This document shows positions 11,640 to 24,500 of a stretch of DNA of 64,000 bases, piece after piece (position 1 is the first letter of the stretch; the number at the start of each line of letters is the position of its first letter). This stretch comes from Azolla caroliniana. Taxonomy: Eukaryota > Plantae > Polypodiophyta. Made by a program: the position numbers and the translations under genes. The DNA is taken from contig JBHGNT010000014.1 of NCBI GenBank assembly GCA_043228905.1, forward strand, positions 10,168,001 through 10,232,000, written 5' to 3'. The notes below the pieces were generated by a model that was not told the origin of the DNA, searched no databases, and saw only the letters and a program-made list of their open reading frames with translations.

Positions 11640-13094
11640 ATGGAGTCGGAAGACGATGACCTTGCGGAGATGGTGGCCGAAGTGGTGTTGGAGTTGGCAC
11701 GAGTGGTGATGAGGCGAGAAGCAACGCAACAAGCGGTTGGGCGAGTGGTCGAAAGAGTCGGCCGTTTCAACGGGGACAAAGTCCCATCTTACTTGGAAGC
11801 CTACAACGCGGAAATGGAAGAGCGTGGCGTAGACGAGGTGTTGAGTCTAGAGTTCTTCTGCCGGGTCGTAGCTGTCCGGATGCATGCGGAAGTAATGGAG
11901 CTTCGTGAGGCTCGTGGTTCATGGGAGGCCTTCGAAGAGGCGCTCCTGAAGGCATACGGAGGACGGCGGAAGAGACGGGGACGGCACCACTTCGACCAGT
12001 GGGTAGCATCATCAAAGACCCACCGGGGTGCGACGAAGGCGTTCCGGGAGTTCAAGCGACGACTTGCTGGGCTCCCAGAGCGGGAACAAGGTTTGGCGGG
12101 GGCGGACAAAGTCCTTTTGTTCGTCAGGTCGATCGACCAGGCGGAACGGGAAGCCATCGGGATTGAGCTCGAAGACGATGATGGAGCGAATGGGCTTATG
12201 GAGGACTGGTCGAAGGTCGGAAGGGTGTGCCAAAGGCTAGATAACGAGCGAGCCGAGAAGGCTAAGAGGAAGGTACGCGACGGCGTGCCATTACAGCGGG
12301 AAGAGGCCGAACGGCAGGGAGAGTCGGCAAGGGTCGGCGTTGGGGCCAGGATTGCGGAGGCGTACGCAGCGCTCAAAGCGATGCTCGAGGAAGAGGGGAA
12401 AACCGAAGCCAAAGAAGGGCTTATTATGGAGTCGGGCCGGAGGCGAACGGAGGATGAGGAGGCCGAAAGAGAAGGGTACGACGGTACCATGGGAGAGGGT
12501 GCGGGACAAGCCACCCTCTCGACTTGCGGAAATAGAACGGCCAAGGATCAGGCCGAGATACAGATCGCGGAACCGGAACGTTGGGACCAACGGTTTCGGG
12601 CGTGTCAGCCCGAGATCCCGGTCATTGGAGAAGCAAGCCCAGACGGGGCATGCGCGATCGGTAAGAAGACGACCGCCGACCACGAAGAGTCGGTGGCTAC
12701 AGACAAGGGCGTAAAACGAACGGGTGATTCTTTGTGTCTTCCCACACTTGCTCCCGAGACGATGGCAGTCGGGCCCGAGTACCCACGTGAGTCCCAAGCG
12801 GAGGAAGGCGGCGGCGGAGGGCCAAGAATCACCGACGAGACGATACGGGGAAGGAGCGGACGAAAGCCCACGGACCCGATTCCGGAGAACTCGGCAATTC
12901 GGCCCGTATGCCCCTGTAAGACTGAGGAGATGGATGGCGGTACCGAGGAGTCTTGGCACGATGCCTGCGAAGACGGATGGGAAACGGCCTACGAGGAGGC
13001 CGAGGACGGACACGACATGAGGAGATCAACGTTCCGATACGGGTGGAACGTGATCCGGTCGTGGATCGTTCGATCGAGGCCGGACTTGGCATAA
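11640..13094 (+). CDS. Gag-like protein of W2 (484 aa; Gag-like N-terminal half, acidic low-complexity C-terminal half)
   Basis: Open frame right after the PBS; VGRFNG...YNAEM...WEAFEEALL...VLLFVRSID matches Gag of W4 (IGRFSR...WEEFEGRLL...VLLFVKSVD). Confidence 0.8.
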   Translation: MESEDDDLAEMVAEVVLELARVVMRREATQQAVGRVVERVGRFNGDKVPSYLEAYNAEMEERGVDEVLSLEFFCRVVAVRMHAEVMELREARGSWEAFEEALLKAYGGRRKRRGRHHFDQWVASSKTHRGATKAFREFKRRLAGLPEREQGLAGADKVLLFVRSIDQAEREAIGIELEDDDGANGLMEDWSKVGRVCQRLDNERAEKAKRKVRDGVPLQREEAERQGESARVGVGARIAEAYAALKAMLEEEGKTEAKEGLIMESGRRRTEDEEAEREGYDGTMGEGAGQATLSTCGNRTAKDQAEIQIAEPERWDQRFRACQPEIPVIGEASPDGACAIGKKTTADHEESVATDKGVKRTGDSLCLPTLAPETMAVGPEYPRESQAEEGGGGGPRITDETIRGRSGRKPTDPIPENSAIRPVCPCKTEEMDGGTEESWHDACEDGWETAYEEAEDGHDMRRSTFRYGWNVIRSWIVRSRPDLA

Positions 13095-14225
13095 AGGTGC
13101 CGATACGGGAGAGGGTGCTGGACGAGCCGCCCTCTTCTACATGGGGAGAAAGACCGATCGAGCGAAGGTCGAGATTAGGAAAGAGAATGAAAGCCGGTCC
13201 TAAGGGATTCCTTACACTGGTCAGGCTGTAGGCCCGAGTGCCGACGCAAGTCCTGTACGAGAGACGGTGGAGACAGGAGAACGGGACTCGGCAATCCGGA
13301 GAAAGACGAACGGACCCGGACGAGAACCGGGCGGAGTGGACTCCCGGATGACCATTCCAGGAGGGAGGAAGAGAGCTGGCCTATGAAGAGGCCGAGGACA
13401 CGGTACGTCCGTACCACAGGAGGGGGTGCGGAACAAAACGCCCTCTCGGCATGCGGAAAAGGATGACCCGGGACAGGGTCGGCAAGGGCTACGGAAGGGC
13501 GCCTACGGAGGATCCTTCACACCGGTTCTAGAGACTTCGGCAGTCGGCAATGCGGTCGACGTAAGACCAAGATACTGACGGTGGCGGCGAGGTGACGAAG
13601 GCATGGGTGTAAGGAAGTCCTGTCCTACGGGATCCCCACACTTAACCAGAGACTCCGGCAGTTCGGCCAACGTGGCAACATGAGACCGAGAAAGAATGTT
13701 GGTGGCGGCGGGAAACGGGACCCGACTACGTGGAAGACACGAGGAGAATCCGGGAGGGACTCAAACAAAAGGCACCCGGGTTACAGCCAGCATAGACGCG
13801 GAGTCCGGTCCTATGGGACCCTCACACTGATCCGGAGGCCCCGGTAGTTCGGCCAACGTGGCGACGTGAGACCGAGGGAGAAGGACGGTGGCGGCAGGGA
13901 ACGGGACCCGACGACACGAGGTATCGGAAGGAGCCGATAGGGGTGAACATGGGGAGGTGTGTTAGGCCGGAAAGGCACACCTTGGACAGAACAAGAGTCT
14001 CGCATGTGGCCATCACGGGCCGGATCGAAGCGTGACTATGGGACGGTGTTCGGCGCGGGCGGGGGCCGAACGAAGGGGAAAGCGAAAAACGCGTGATGGG
14101 GTCATCGAAGGACCGAAGCACGAGCACGCATTCGGAGGGCAACATCGACATACGGGGAAAGCCTACGGAAGGCAAGCGCGGAGCGGAGAGAGTCGGCAAC
14201 GGACGAGGGTATGTGGCACACTGAG

Positions 14226-14669
14226 TGTCAGGAATAGTACTAAAACAGAGATGGAATTAGTACTAAAGAACAGCAGTACTATTAGTACTAAGAGGACGGG
14301 ACTGCGTAAGATTCCCGAGAGAGGAAGTGAGAAGAGGAGAGAGAGAGATAGCGAGAATGAGAGAGAGAGAGAGATGATGACAACAGCTAATATATTATGT
14401 GAAAAGATAAGTACAAGCGGCTAAGAGGCTTAAGACTGGCGTTGAACCAATTTGGTTCAAAACAATGCCTTGTGCCTCCTTTTATAGTGTTTTAAGGAAT
14501 AATCCTGAAGCTTCTAGAATGTTCCAGAGAGATCTGGAATATACATCAATTTTCTATGATAAAGTATAAATGAAAATAATATCCTACAAAATACAATTCA
14601 TAATCTAATGGTAAGAGCTCGACCCATGTAGCATAAAGTCATGGGTTCGAGTCTTGCCATATCATGACA
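14226..14669 (-). mobile_element. Solo LTR of chromovirus family T1 (444 bp)
   Basis: TGTCA...TGACA, homologous to 33965-34398; TSD CTGAG/TTGAG. Confidence 0.92.
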
Positions 14670-15686
14670 TTGAGGTGCCGGAGCGCGGAAAAGGCCGGAA
14701 AAGGGATCCTCCACACCATTCCAGAGACCATGGCGGTCCGAGCCGACGCGGCGATGTAAGACCATGGAGAAGGAAGGTGGCAGTGGAAGGACGAAGGCGA
14801 CGCGAAACACCATCGGGACATCTCGATTCGCCAACGGAGGCCAAGCGGGCTGCCACGGGCATTCCTCTAGCGGAGGACATCGGGCATACGGCGGGAAGCG
14901 GGGCATTCATACGGCCGAACAAGGGCCAATGGAAGAACGCGTGCTACGGAGGTCGCGGCAGAGGACCCATCGACGGGTCGAACGAGCCTACAAGGAGGCG
15001 AGCGCGAAGGAAGACTCGAAGCCGACGGATCAAACCGGCAGCGAGCCGGGATGCGGATCACGGAAGACCGGTTTCTCACCGCCCGAAATCTCTCACCCTT
15101 CAACGAGATTTGGCACGTACCGGTGGACGTGCAGTTAGGTGGGGGTGGATGTCGTGAAGAATTTCGGCCAGAGGTGGAAACCGGGAAACATTGGGTGCAG
15201 CGTGTGTACGCACCCGTGTACATTTGGTGTGAATATCGAGGGCGCCTTTATGGCGCCGAAGAGTAGTCAAGTCGGGACAGATGATCCCATGGAAGTCGGG
15301 ATTAGTCCCACATTGTAACGCATCCCTCTCCTTGTTCTATAAAAGGGAGGGAACGCCCTTTGTGAAAGGGTTGCCTATTTTGGATTAGAGGGTATACCGA
15401 TAGGTTTAGGGTTAGGGTTCTTCTGCTTCTTCTTCTTCCCCTTCGTGTTCGTTTAAGGTTCGTTGTAGCTTATCTCCTGTGCAAGACCCCGCTCGACGCG
15501 ACGAGCCCGAGAGCTCCTCGACGGCGGCTTGACAGCAGACGACTGTTGTAAACTATCTTGGTCCGGATCGAAGCCAGGAGTGTATTCTTCTTATATATAT
15601 ATATATACATATACGTTTGCGTCTGTCTGTGTATATCGACGTCTTGTTGGTGTCGGGTGCTCCCCTTTTTCCCTGCGTTTCCTGTA

Positions 15687-15724
<38 letters not shown>

Positions 15725-15743
15725 CATGAGTCGGTGTTAAGCA

Positions 15744-15785
<42 letters not shown>

Positions 15786-17187
15786 TCAGTTGCTTCCGGT
15801 GTGTTTCTGAGATGCCCCAGAAGCAGTGAAGCACGACGTCTTACGCTCCATCCCTCTCTAGTCCAAGACCCTTGTGGTCCCGTCTTTCTCCACGCACGCG
15901 CATAATAACGCGACACCATGACCTTGCCTGTAGGTCTGATTCGATTAGTAGTCGCTTCGCCGGCCTAATACATTCCTTCTCTGCTTTTCGTCATCCGATC
16001 ACGTTCACCTGCCGCCACCGATCTCTCCTATAGGACTCACGCCGACACTCGGGCCGACAGCCGGATCGGTGTGAGGATCTTCATGGGACCTCGGTTTCCG
16101 GCCTTGCCGCCGCCACCGCCCGTCGCTCTAGGTCTCACACCGGCACTCGGGCCGACCGCCGGAGCCTCTAGGGCCAGTGTGTGTAAGGTCGCGGCACCAC
16201 CGCTTGTCTCCTCCGTCCTCCGCATCAGCCTCTTCGGCTGGTCGCATTCATCTGCCGCCACCGTTCTCTCCTGCAGGACTCATGCCAGCACTCGGGCCGT
16301 CAACCGAATCGGTGTGAGGATCTTCGCAAACCGCCCATCCGCAGTCCTTTGCCTTCGTCCCCTTGCTGCCACCGATCGCCACTCTAGGTCTCACGCCGAC
16401 TCTCGGGCCGACCGCCGGAGTCTCTGGAACCGGTGTGAAGGATCCTCCTTGGGCTCGTCATATCCTTGACCCTTATCCCGGGTCTTCCTTCTTCCGCAAG
16501 CCGAGAGGGTGGCTCGCTCCACACCCTCTCCCGTGGTACCGACGTACCGTGTTCTCGGCCTCTCGTAGGCCTGCTCTCTTCCTCCCTCCCGGAATGGTTA
16601 TCCGGGAGTCCGCTCCACCCGGTTCTCATCCGGGTCCGTTCGTCATTCTCTGGATTGTCGGGTCCCGTTCTCCTATTGCCACCGACCTCTCCTATAGGAC
16701 TGACGCCGGCACTCGGGCCGACAGCCGGATCGGTGTGAAGATCTCCGTAGGACCGGTCTTCGTTCTCCTCTTCATCCCCTGTACTTCTCCCGAACTCGTC
16801 ATCGCTCTCCTTGCTGTGTTCCCGCCTTCATCTCCCATCTCTCCAGGTCTCACGCCGGTGCTCGTTGTCGGCTGCCTGAGTCTCCGGATAAGACGTGGTG
16901 TTTCCGTCCCGTAATGATTTTGCGGACGCTCGTTCGGGGTATCGCTCCCCAAGCACATTCGGTGAGAAGCATCTGGACTTTGATTGATCAAGTGCCGCCT
17001 GCACTTGATTCTCCAATGTTCGGAGTTTCGGGCAGTGGTGTCCGAAACCTGCCGGTCTCTCTCCGCAACCTCGATCGCTAGCTTCCCGATTTGCAGCCTT
17101 CGCCTAGCCAGCTTGTGTCCTCATGTAAAAGAGGGCGATTTGTTTCGCACCCTCTTCCGCGCCGGCACTATTGTACCGAACCGAGCC

Positions 17188-18365
17188 CTACCGATCGAGC
17201 TCTATAGCCCGTCCCTGGTCTTTTGCACCTTGGGCCGGTTTTGGTTGAGTCATCCACATCCGGATCACGCTCCATCCGAATCGGAATGCCGATCTTCCCG
17301 TGCCGCCTCCATCCTTGGCCTCCTCGCAGGCCGTTTCCCATCCCTCTTCACTGGCATCATGCCAGGATTCCTCGTCGGCGCCTTCCTTCTCTTCGGTCTC
17401 ATGTCGGCACACGGGCCTGACCACCGGAGTCTCCGGAATCTGCGTGGAGGGCTTTTCTCCACTCTCGACCTTGTCCTCGGTCGGCAATTCTCCACAAGTC
17501 GAGAGGGCGTTTTGTTCCACACCCTCTCCCGTGGTACCGTGGTACCGATCTCCTTCCATCACGTGGGGCAAGTCCGTCCCCTCGGTCTCGGCTTGCGGCC
17601 TCGATCTTTCCTCTTCCTCGAGCATTGCCTCGAGAGTTGCGTACGCCACCACAATCCTGGCCCCAACTCCGACCCTTGCCGACTCTCTTTACCGTTCGGC
17701 CTCTTCCTGCTGTGATGGCATGCCGTCGCGTGCCTTCTTCTTAGCCTTCTCGCCTCGCTCAAATGTCTAGCCATTGGCACACCCTTCCGACCTTCGACCA
17801 GTCCTGTAAGCCCATTCACTCCATCTTCGTCTTCGAGCTCAATCCCGATGGCCTCCCGTTCTGCTCGGTCGATCGACCTGACGAACAATAGGACTTTGTC
17901 CGCCCCCACCAAACCTTGTTCCCGCTCCGGGAGCTGAGCAAGTTGTCGCTCGAAATCTCGGAACGCCTTCGTTGCGCCCTGGTGGGTCTTTGCCAATGCT
18001 ACCCACTGGTCGAAGTCGTGTCGTCCCCGGCTCTTCCGTCGTCCTCCATATGCCTGCAGGAGCGCCTCTTCAAAGGCCTCCCACGAACTATGAGCTTCTC
18101 GGAGCTCCTTCACTTCCGCGTGCAAACGGACGGCGACAGCCCAACAGAAGAACTCCAGCCTCAACGCTTCGTCCACGTCTTGCTCCTCCATTTCCGCATT
18201 GTAGGCTTCCAAGTAAGATGGGACTTTGTCCCCGTTGAAACGGCCCACTCCTTCGACCACTCGCTCGACCGCTTGCTGCGCGGACTCTCGTCTTGTTGTC
18301 GCTCGTCCAAACTCCCTCACCGCTTCGACGAAAAGTTGCGCGAAGTCGTCTTCTTCCAACTCCAT
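17188..18365 (-). pseudogene. Gag-like ORF of W1, frameshifted
   Basis: ORFs 17559..18365 and 17188..17652 match the W2 484-aa protein. Confidence 0.85.
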
Positions 18366-19346
18366 TCTCCCTTGCCGCTCTTCACATCAGGTTCACCAAA
18401 TATGTCGCGGTATTATGCGCATGCGTGTAGAAGGGCGGGACCACGGGGGTCTCGGACGAGGGAAGAAGGGAAGCCGAGAAGATGATTCCGGACACATTCT
18501 GGAAGCAACCGAACGGGAGAGAGAAAGAGAGAGAGAGAGTGCTTGACACCGACTCACACCCACACACACACACCACGCCGACCCAACTTACGCCCTTATG
18601 TACAGAAACAGAGGTAAGAGAACACCAAAATACCCACACAAACACCGATATGCAGAACCCTCCATGCATATATTACAAGACTAAGATACAATACTCGTAT
18701 CGAGCCCGACCTAAGTAGCTCAGGTTACAACCGTCATCTACTGCCAAGCCGCCGGTCGAGGAGCTCTGGGGCTTGTCGTGCCGAGCGGGGTCTTGCACAG
18801 AGAACGGGCAGAAAACAGGAACACGAGATGCCAAGGCTCGATACTCAGAACGACGAAGAGGAAGAAGCAGAGGCAAGAAGAAGAAAAACGAAACCCTAAA
18901 CAAGAGGAAGGGAAAGAGAAAGAGAGGATGTCTCTTAATCTAACAGTATACCCTACTAATACAAAATGGGCAACCCCTTCACCAAGGGCGATCCCTTCCT
19001 TTTATAGAACAAAGAGAGGGATCCGTAGCATTGTGGGATAAATCCCTTATTACATGGGATTCTTGTCCCGACTTGATTACTTTTCGGCACCATAAAGGCG
19101 CCCTCGTTATTCACACTAAATGTACAAGGGTGAGCGCACATGCTGCACCCCGCCGATGTAGCCAATATTTCCCGGTTTCCGCCTCTGGCTGAAATTCTTC
19201 ACGACACCGCTTTGCACCAGATCCATCCGGATTCACTCGATCCAGTTTCCGGGTCTCATCCGGAACCTTTCCGGATCCGGTTCCTTCATCCGACTTGTCC
19301 GATCCGGCTCCTCTGGATCCCATCCGGAGGGACCGAATTCCCAACA

Positions 19347-20616
19347 CGTGTCTTATATGTTATTGTCATTTGTGCTTTTTTGTTTGTGTGTCTTATGACA
19401 AGGGAGCATTTCGGGCTTGCCCATGCACCTCTCCTTTCACAAAGGCATTCAAACTTGCGTGTCTTATATGTTCTTTTCATTTGTGCTTATCTGTTTGTGT
19501 GTCTTGTGACAAGGGTGCGTTCGGGCTTGCCCATGCACCTCTCTTTTCACAAAGGCATTCGAAACTTTGTCTCTTGTGTGTGTAATCCTTCCACACGTGC
19601 ATTCGTTCGCCTTGTGACTAGGGGTTGATTCGGGCTTGCCCATGCACCTCTCCTTTTCACAAACACGTTTGAATACTCGTGCCTTGTTTGTGTAAGCCTT
19701 CCTTGTGTTGTGCATGTAATCCCTATTTCCTTCCCGTCCATAACCCCGGTGGTTCCGCCACACGATCCGCACATAGTGACGGATTTTCATGACATAATAA
19801 AGTGGTGAACCCGACATGAAGAGGTTGTAGGAAGGATCAAGTGCTTGAAATAGAAGGTTAGAAGATGGCTTCTTCGATAAACACCCAAGCTGATGAAGTG
19901 GCAAAGTTGGTGGCTATTGTCGAGCATATAATGAGAGCTCGAGATAATGATGCAAGCTTAGACAAGGCCACCGACCGAACCATTGAGATAGTGGGCCAAT
20001 TTGGTGGAAGAAACATTACGGATTTTCTCGTTACATACCAGACGGAGATGCAACAACGTGATGTCATTGAAGAGAAGCAAATATCAAGCTTCAAGAGTGT
20101 CGTGGCAATTGGGTTACAAGGCCGTATAAGGGAGATTTAAGCCGCCCAAACAACATGGGTGGGATTTGAAAGAGCACTTTTGGCTGAATATATGCTTGAA
20201 GATGACTTGTCATAATTTGATGAAGTGGATCGAGAAGAAGGGGAAGAACATGAACACATTGGGAGTGTACACCGAATTTGACCAAATGTACAACTGTCTC
20301 CCGAGAACCGACCAAACACTTCTCAAAGGAGATAAAGTTTTGTACTTCTTGGATGCAAAAGATAGATGAGAACTAGGTAGTCTATTAGAGGACGCAGCAC
20401 AACCCAATGGTCTCATAACTGATTGGGTTGCGGTAAGAAGAGCATATGATCGATTTGACAAGCGTCGTCGATGGCTAGATGATTCCGACATGGCAGGCCC
20501 GGTAGTCCAAAGAAGGAAGACTCCAATAGCAACTAAGATGAGAAAGCAAAGTGAGCTGACCAAAAGAGAAATGGAGAACTCTGTCATTGAAGAGTTGACA
20601 CGAAAATTCGAAGCGT
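19347..20616 (+). mobile_element. Family W-related element W3, 5' part: LTR remnant to 19794, Trp PBS 19803-19819, degenerate gag 19865-20616
   Basis: ...ATGACA then TGGTGAACCCGACATGA; Gag LDKATDRTIEIVGQFGG resembles W4 Gag. Confidence 0.8.
19348..19690. repeat. About three tandem units of about 110 bp in the W3 LTR
   Basis: TTCGGGCTTGCCCATGCACCTCTC recurs near 19410, 19520 and 19629. Confidence 0.85.
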
Positions 20617-20730
20617 TGTTGTGAGAATCCGTCACTATGTGCGGATCGTGAGACGGAACCGCCTTATGGACGGGAAGGAATTATTACACACATGCACAAC
20701 ACAAGAAAGATTCACATATAAGACAAGTAG
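20617..20730 (-). repeat. Inverted fragment of a W3-type LTR end inserted in W3 gag
   Basis: Reverse complement of about 19680-19794 (AATCCGTCACTATGTGCGGATCGTG); right boundary uncertain. Confidence 0.75.
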
Positions 20731-21599
20731 GTGAGAGGAAACATTCGTTTATTGCAAAAGAAATCGATTCTTTATAAACTTAATCATGTTACAATGGATT
20801 GGATATGAAAATGAGAGATAAATCTTTTAAAGAAAGGAGCCAACAACCATATAAGGAGTGGTCCAATATGAATATGAGAGATAAATTTTATTTTGACAAG
20901 AAAGATTGAGCCCCACCAAGCCAAACCCCGAAGTTTGATATCAATATGAGAGATAATTTGTTTTTAGAATCAGAGAGAGAAGAAGGAAAAAAAATAGCGG
21001 GAAAAAATGGGACATATATTCAGCTCTTTGTTGATCCCCCTTCCTAATGTTACTTTGCATGTCCACTTTTAGTTGCATGACCTCTACTTTTAGTTGCATG
21101 CTTCCATATTTAGTGTTACCAACCGGCAAAGGAGTCCAGAGTGGGAAACAGAGAGCTAACTAAGTAGTAGGAATGTGGTTGTAATTAAGCTATGAGTGTG
21201 GACGGACGGACCGGAAACGGTATGCCGTTCCGGATCCGGACCGATCCCGAACAGGTGCGGATGGCACCGTTTTGTAATACAGACCGGAAACCTATTTAAA
21301 GGCCCGGATACAATGTAATAGTTAGCGGTTAATTAATGAAAGCTTAAGCGTCGTTATCTCTCGGTGTTGATTACCGTTTTGTCTTAATTGTTATATCTTA
21401 CGCGTGTTATGAAAGACGATCCTAATAAGTAACTTAATTAAGTCGGATTAAGCGTTGAAGTCTAATTCGGTTGCCGTAACACCCTTTGGTGAAGTGTCTC
21501 CCGTAGACACCCTGTGTTAGGACATTGTCCGGCCCGAAGAGTTAACACAGTTTTTGGCGACCACGATTCCTGTTTTGCAGCGAACGACGGCACGGATGG

Positions 21600-24500
21600 A
21601 TGTCTAGATCAATGCACGACCTGGTTACAGATCGAACTCGACGCCTTGCCGAAAGGCAAAGGAGACGCGAGGCTTTCCAGCAAGCGGCGCAGGAAATTAG
21701 AGCAGATCGCTCGTTTTCCAACGTAATCCGGAGAGTAGCGGAGGACTCCCTCTGGTTACAGCAAACATCGCACTCGGACGACGGCAACAGCCTAAGCAGC
21801 CTCCGGGAAACCGAATCCCTTCTCCACGCGTTGGCAAACGGAGAAGGCGAAGCAGAGGCCTTTTCAGCATATGAATCGGACTCCGAATGGGAATACAGCA
21901 TGCACACAAACTACCGTAGCAACAACGAAACCTCGGGCGGACCGGAGGACGAAGGATCGGATACCTTACCGACACTGGAACCGGAACCGGAAGTGCTAAC
22001 GCTGGAACCCCCGGAACCAGCAGAGGAAGAACGACCTCCGACACCGGAAGTCGAAGAGGAGAGGCCTCCGTCACCAAAGGAAGAGAAACAACCGACACCG
22101 GAATCAAATCGGGAAAGACCACCGACACTGGAGAAAATTCCGGAACGAGCACCAACACTACCGGCCCGAGCACCGCTACCGGACAAAGACATGTCGTTCC
22201 AGTACTCCAAGTATAGAGATGATCCGGACGCGGAAGCTCATGTGCACGCCTTTGAACAGACATGGGAAGCCAACCATGTGTCCCAGTGATTGACACAGGA
22301 GGAAGAAGAACGCTCTAAGATAGCGGAGTTTGGCGTCACATTGGAGGGACCGGCAGCAAGATGGCGCCGGACGCAGGACCCGTCTACCATCAACACCTTT
22401 GCAGATTTAAAAGCTAAATTCTTGCATTTTTTTCAAAAGGAGGTGGACCAGACCGTAATGGTAGGCTTATTTTATACCATCCGGCAAGAGGCAGGGGAGA
22501 GCATTCCCCAATTTGTCATCCGGTTTCAACGGATGCATAGTCAGCTTGCCCGCGCACCCCCGGAGGAGGAATTACGGACGATATTCCTAAACGTGCTCCA
22601 GGAACCCCTACGCACGGTTTGCACGGTAATCGACTTCCGCACAAGTACCATCGACCAGGTCATTGACCGGGTGAGAGAGATGGAAAAGACAAGCTCCTGG
22701 CTCACACTGGGAGCACTTCAACGGGCGTTACCGTTCAATGAAGACCTCCGGTTTCGGCAAGCAATACAGTGCACAACCTGCTTGAATTCCGGACACTCAG
22801 CTCTAGAATGCACTATGAGGACGCAATGTGTAATCTGTCAATCCAAGAGCCATACAACGGATAGGTGCGAGTATAATCTGTTGAATCGGCAAGCACCGCC
22901 CGTCCGACAAATTGAGCCACGCAGCAGCCGGGATGAAGAAGACGAACGCTGGCGGCGAATGGACCGTGACCGACTGGCATAGGATGTCCGGTATGGCGAG
23001 CGAAAGGAAAATGATGTCCGGTATGGCGATCGACGGGAAAATGATGTCCGGTATGGCAATCGACGAGAAAATGATGTCTGATACGGTGATCGGCGGGATA
23101 ACTATGACCGGCATGATCGGTACCAGGATTACAATCGACGATACGAACATTACGACCGGGAGCACTCCCCCGGGTATCATCAGCAACGGGAGGAATACGG
23201 CAGATATAACGGGGAACCCCGTCAAGAGTACCGTAATAAGAAGAGCTATAACAAAAAACGGCATTTTAAAAAAGGTGGCTACCCCCGGGATCCGGAACAA
23301 GTAGCTCCAAGTAGCCAACCGGTACAAAACCCCGCGCGTATCGTAGGACCTGCCCCGGGTACAACAGACAATGCCGAATCGAGCAATACCCGGAAGGCCT
23401 ACTGCTACTACTGCCGACAGGAAGGCCATTATAGTAACCAATGCCCGGTGAAGAGCTATGAAAAACGACCGGCAGTAAATATGGTAGTCCCTGAGGTGGC
23501 AGACCTGCAGCAGGTGACCACAAGATCGAAGGGCATGGCCAAAGAATGGGAGACACAAGAGACCATACGGAAGCAAGCAACGGAATGGGTAAAGAAAGCA
23601 AACGAGCAGAATGTCACAGACTTACAACAGCAAAAGGAGAACACCGCAGGGCTTGCCGGCGGCAGTCACTCCGAGAACGAGACATGGCAGGCGTTGCAAG
23701 AATGTCAGATTACGTTACCACTAGGAAGAGTCCTACAACTCGTGCCAAGATTCACGGAAGGACTGAAGACGGCCATGACGGCAGGAGAACCATCACCGGC
23801 ACCGGTACTCTTCTCGAATCCGGAGGAGGGACCAACCGTGGTAGACACCAGCAGTCCGGTAATCACTGCCATTGTAAAAGGGAAAGAACTCCCCAGCACA
23901 AAGAACTCCCCGGCACAGTTATAGACGGAGGCTCTGGGGTAAATGTAATAAGCCTCCGAACGTGTGATGACCTAGGAATCCACGAGTGGGAGCATTGTCC
24001 GTTCTGGTTGCGGATGGCCGATACAAGCTCAGTGCGGCCGACAGGATTAATACGGAAATTAGAAGTCATCGTCGGCGGTCATACATTTCACATCTCGGCC
24101 GTAGTGCTACAATTACAGGCACAAGGCGCATACCCGCTATTGCTGGGGCGGCCATGGTTGAAAACGGCACATATCAAACAGAATTGGCGAAAAAATATAA
24201 TTACCTTCCGGCGAGGAAAAGCCAAGGTACGGGTACCAACACAGCCAACGACGAGCACTGGCAAGGAATGTACACCGTTGTATGCGGAATGCGTCAACAT
24301 GCTAGAAGGGTTAGCGGACGAAGAAGAAGCTCAATACCTGCAGGAAAACCCGAAGATCATACCCCTCTTCGAAATTAACATTGCCGAAGCAGTAGCACCA
24401 TACTTACCGCAACCGGAAGAGGCGAAAGCAGAACCGGATAAAGACGCAATCCGGGAGTTACGGCAAGCGCAGGAAGCATTGGAACGAGAAATGGCCGTTT

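Larger units (their letters stand above)
10818..15915 (+). mobile_element. Family W non-autonomous element W2 nested antisense in W1; LTRs 10818-11602 and 15150-15915
   Basis: Direct repeats TGTCG...CGACA; PBS 11607-11623; PPT AGGTGGGGGTGGA before 15150; flanks CCGT/CCAT. Confidence 0.92.
9029..19206 (-). mobile_element. Family W non-autonomous (gag-only) LTR element W1; LTRs 9029-9832 and 18403-19206 (804 bp each)
   Basis: Near-identical direct repeats TGTCG...GACA; Trp-type PBS 18382-18398; G-rich PPT next to 9832; 4-bp flanks CCGT/CCGC; no pol motifs inside. Confidence 0.9.
4605..19346 (-). mobile_element. Ty1/Copia element C1; 3' LTR remnant 4605-4910, 5' LTR 8615-9028 plus 19211-19346 split by the W1 insertion
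   Basis: LTR halves match 4605-4910; PPT (rc GAAGGGGGAGTT) at 4911-4922; degenerate Met PBS at 8600-8611. Confidence 0.88.

Noticed and set aside
16000-16890. Repeat-spacer pattern resembling a CRISPR array
   Set aside because: Repeats are about 75 bp and divergent, spacers are irregular, there are no cas genes, and it lies inside a eukaryotic LTR element
9833-18380. Retrozyme (hammerhead-bearing non-autonomous element)
   Set aside because: No CTGATGA...GAAA core with flanking helices found by eye; an Infernal scan would settle it
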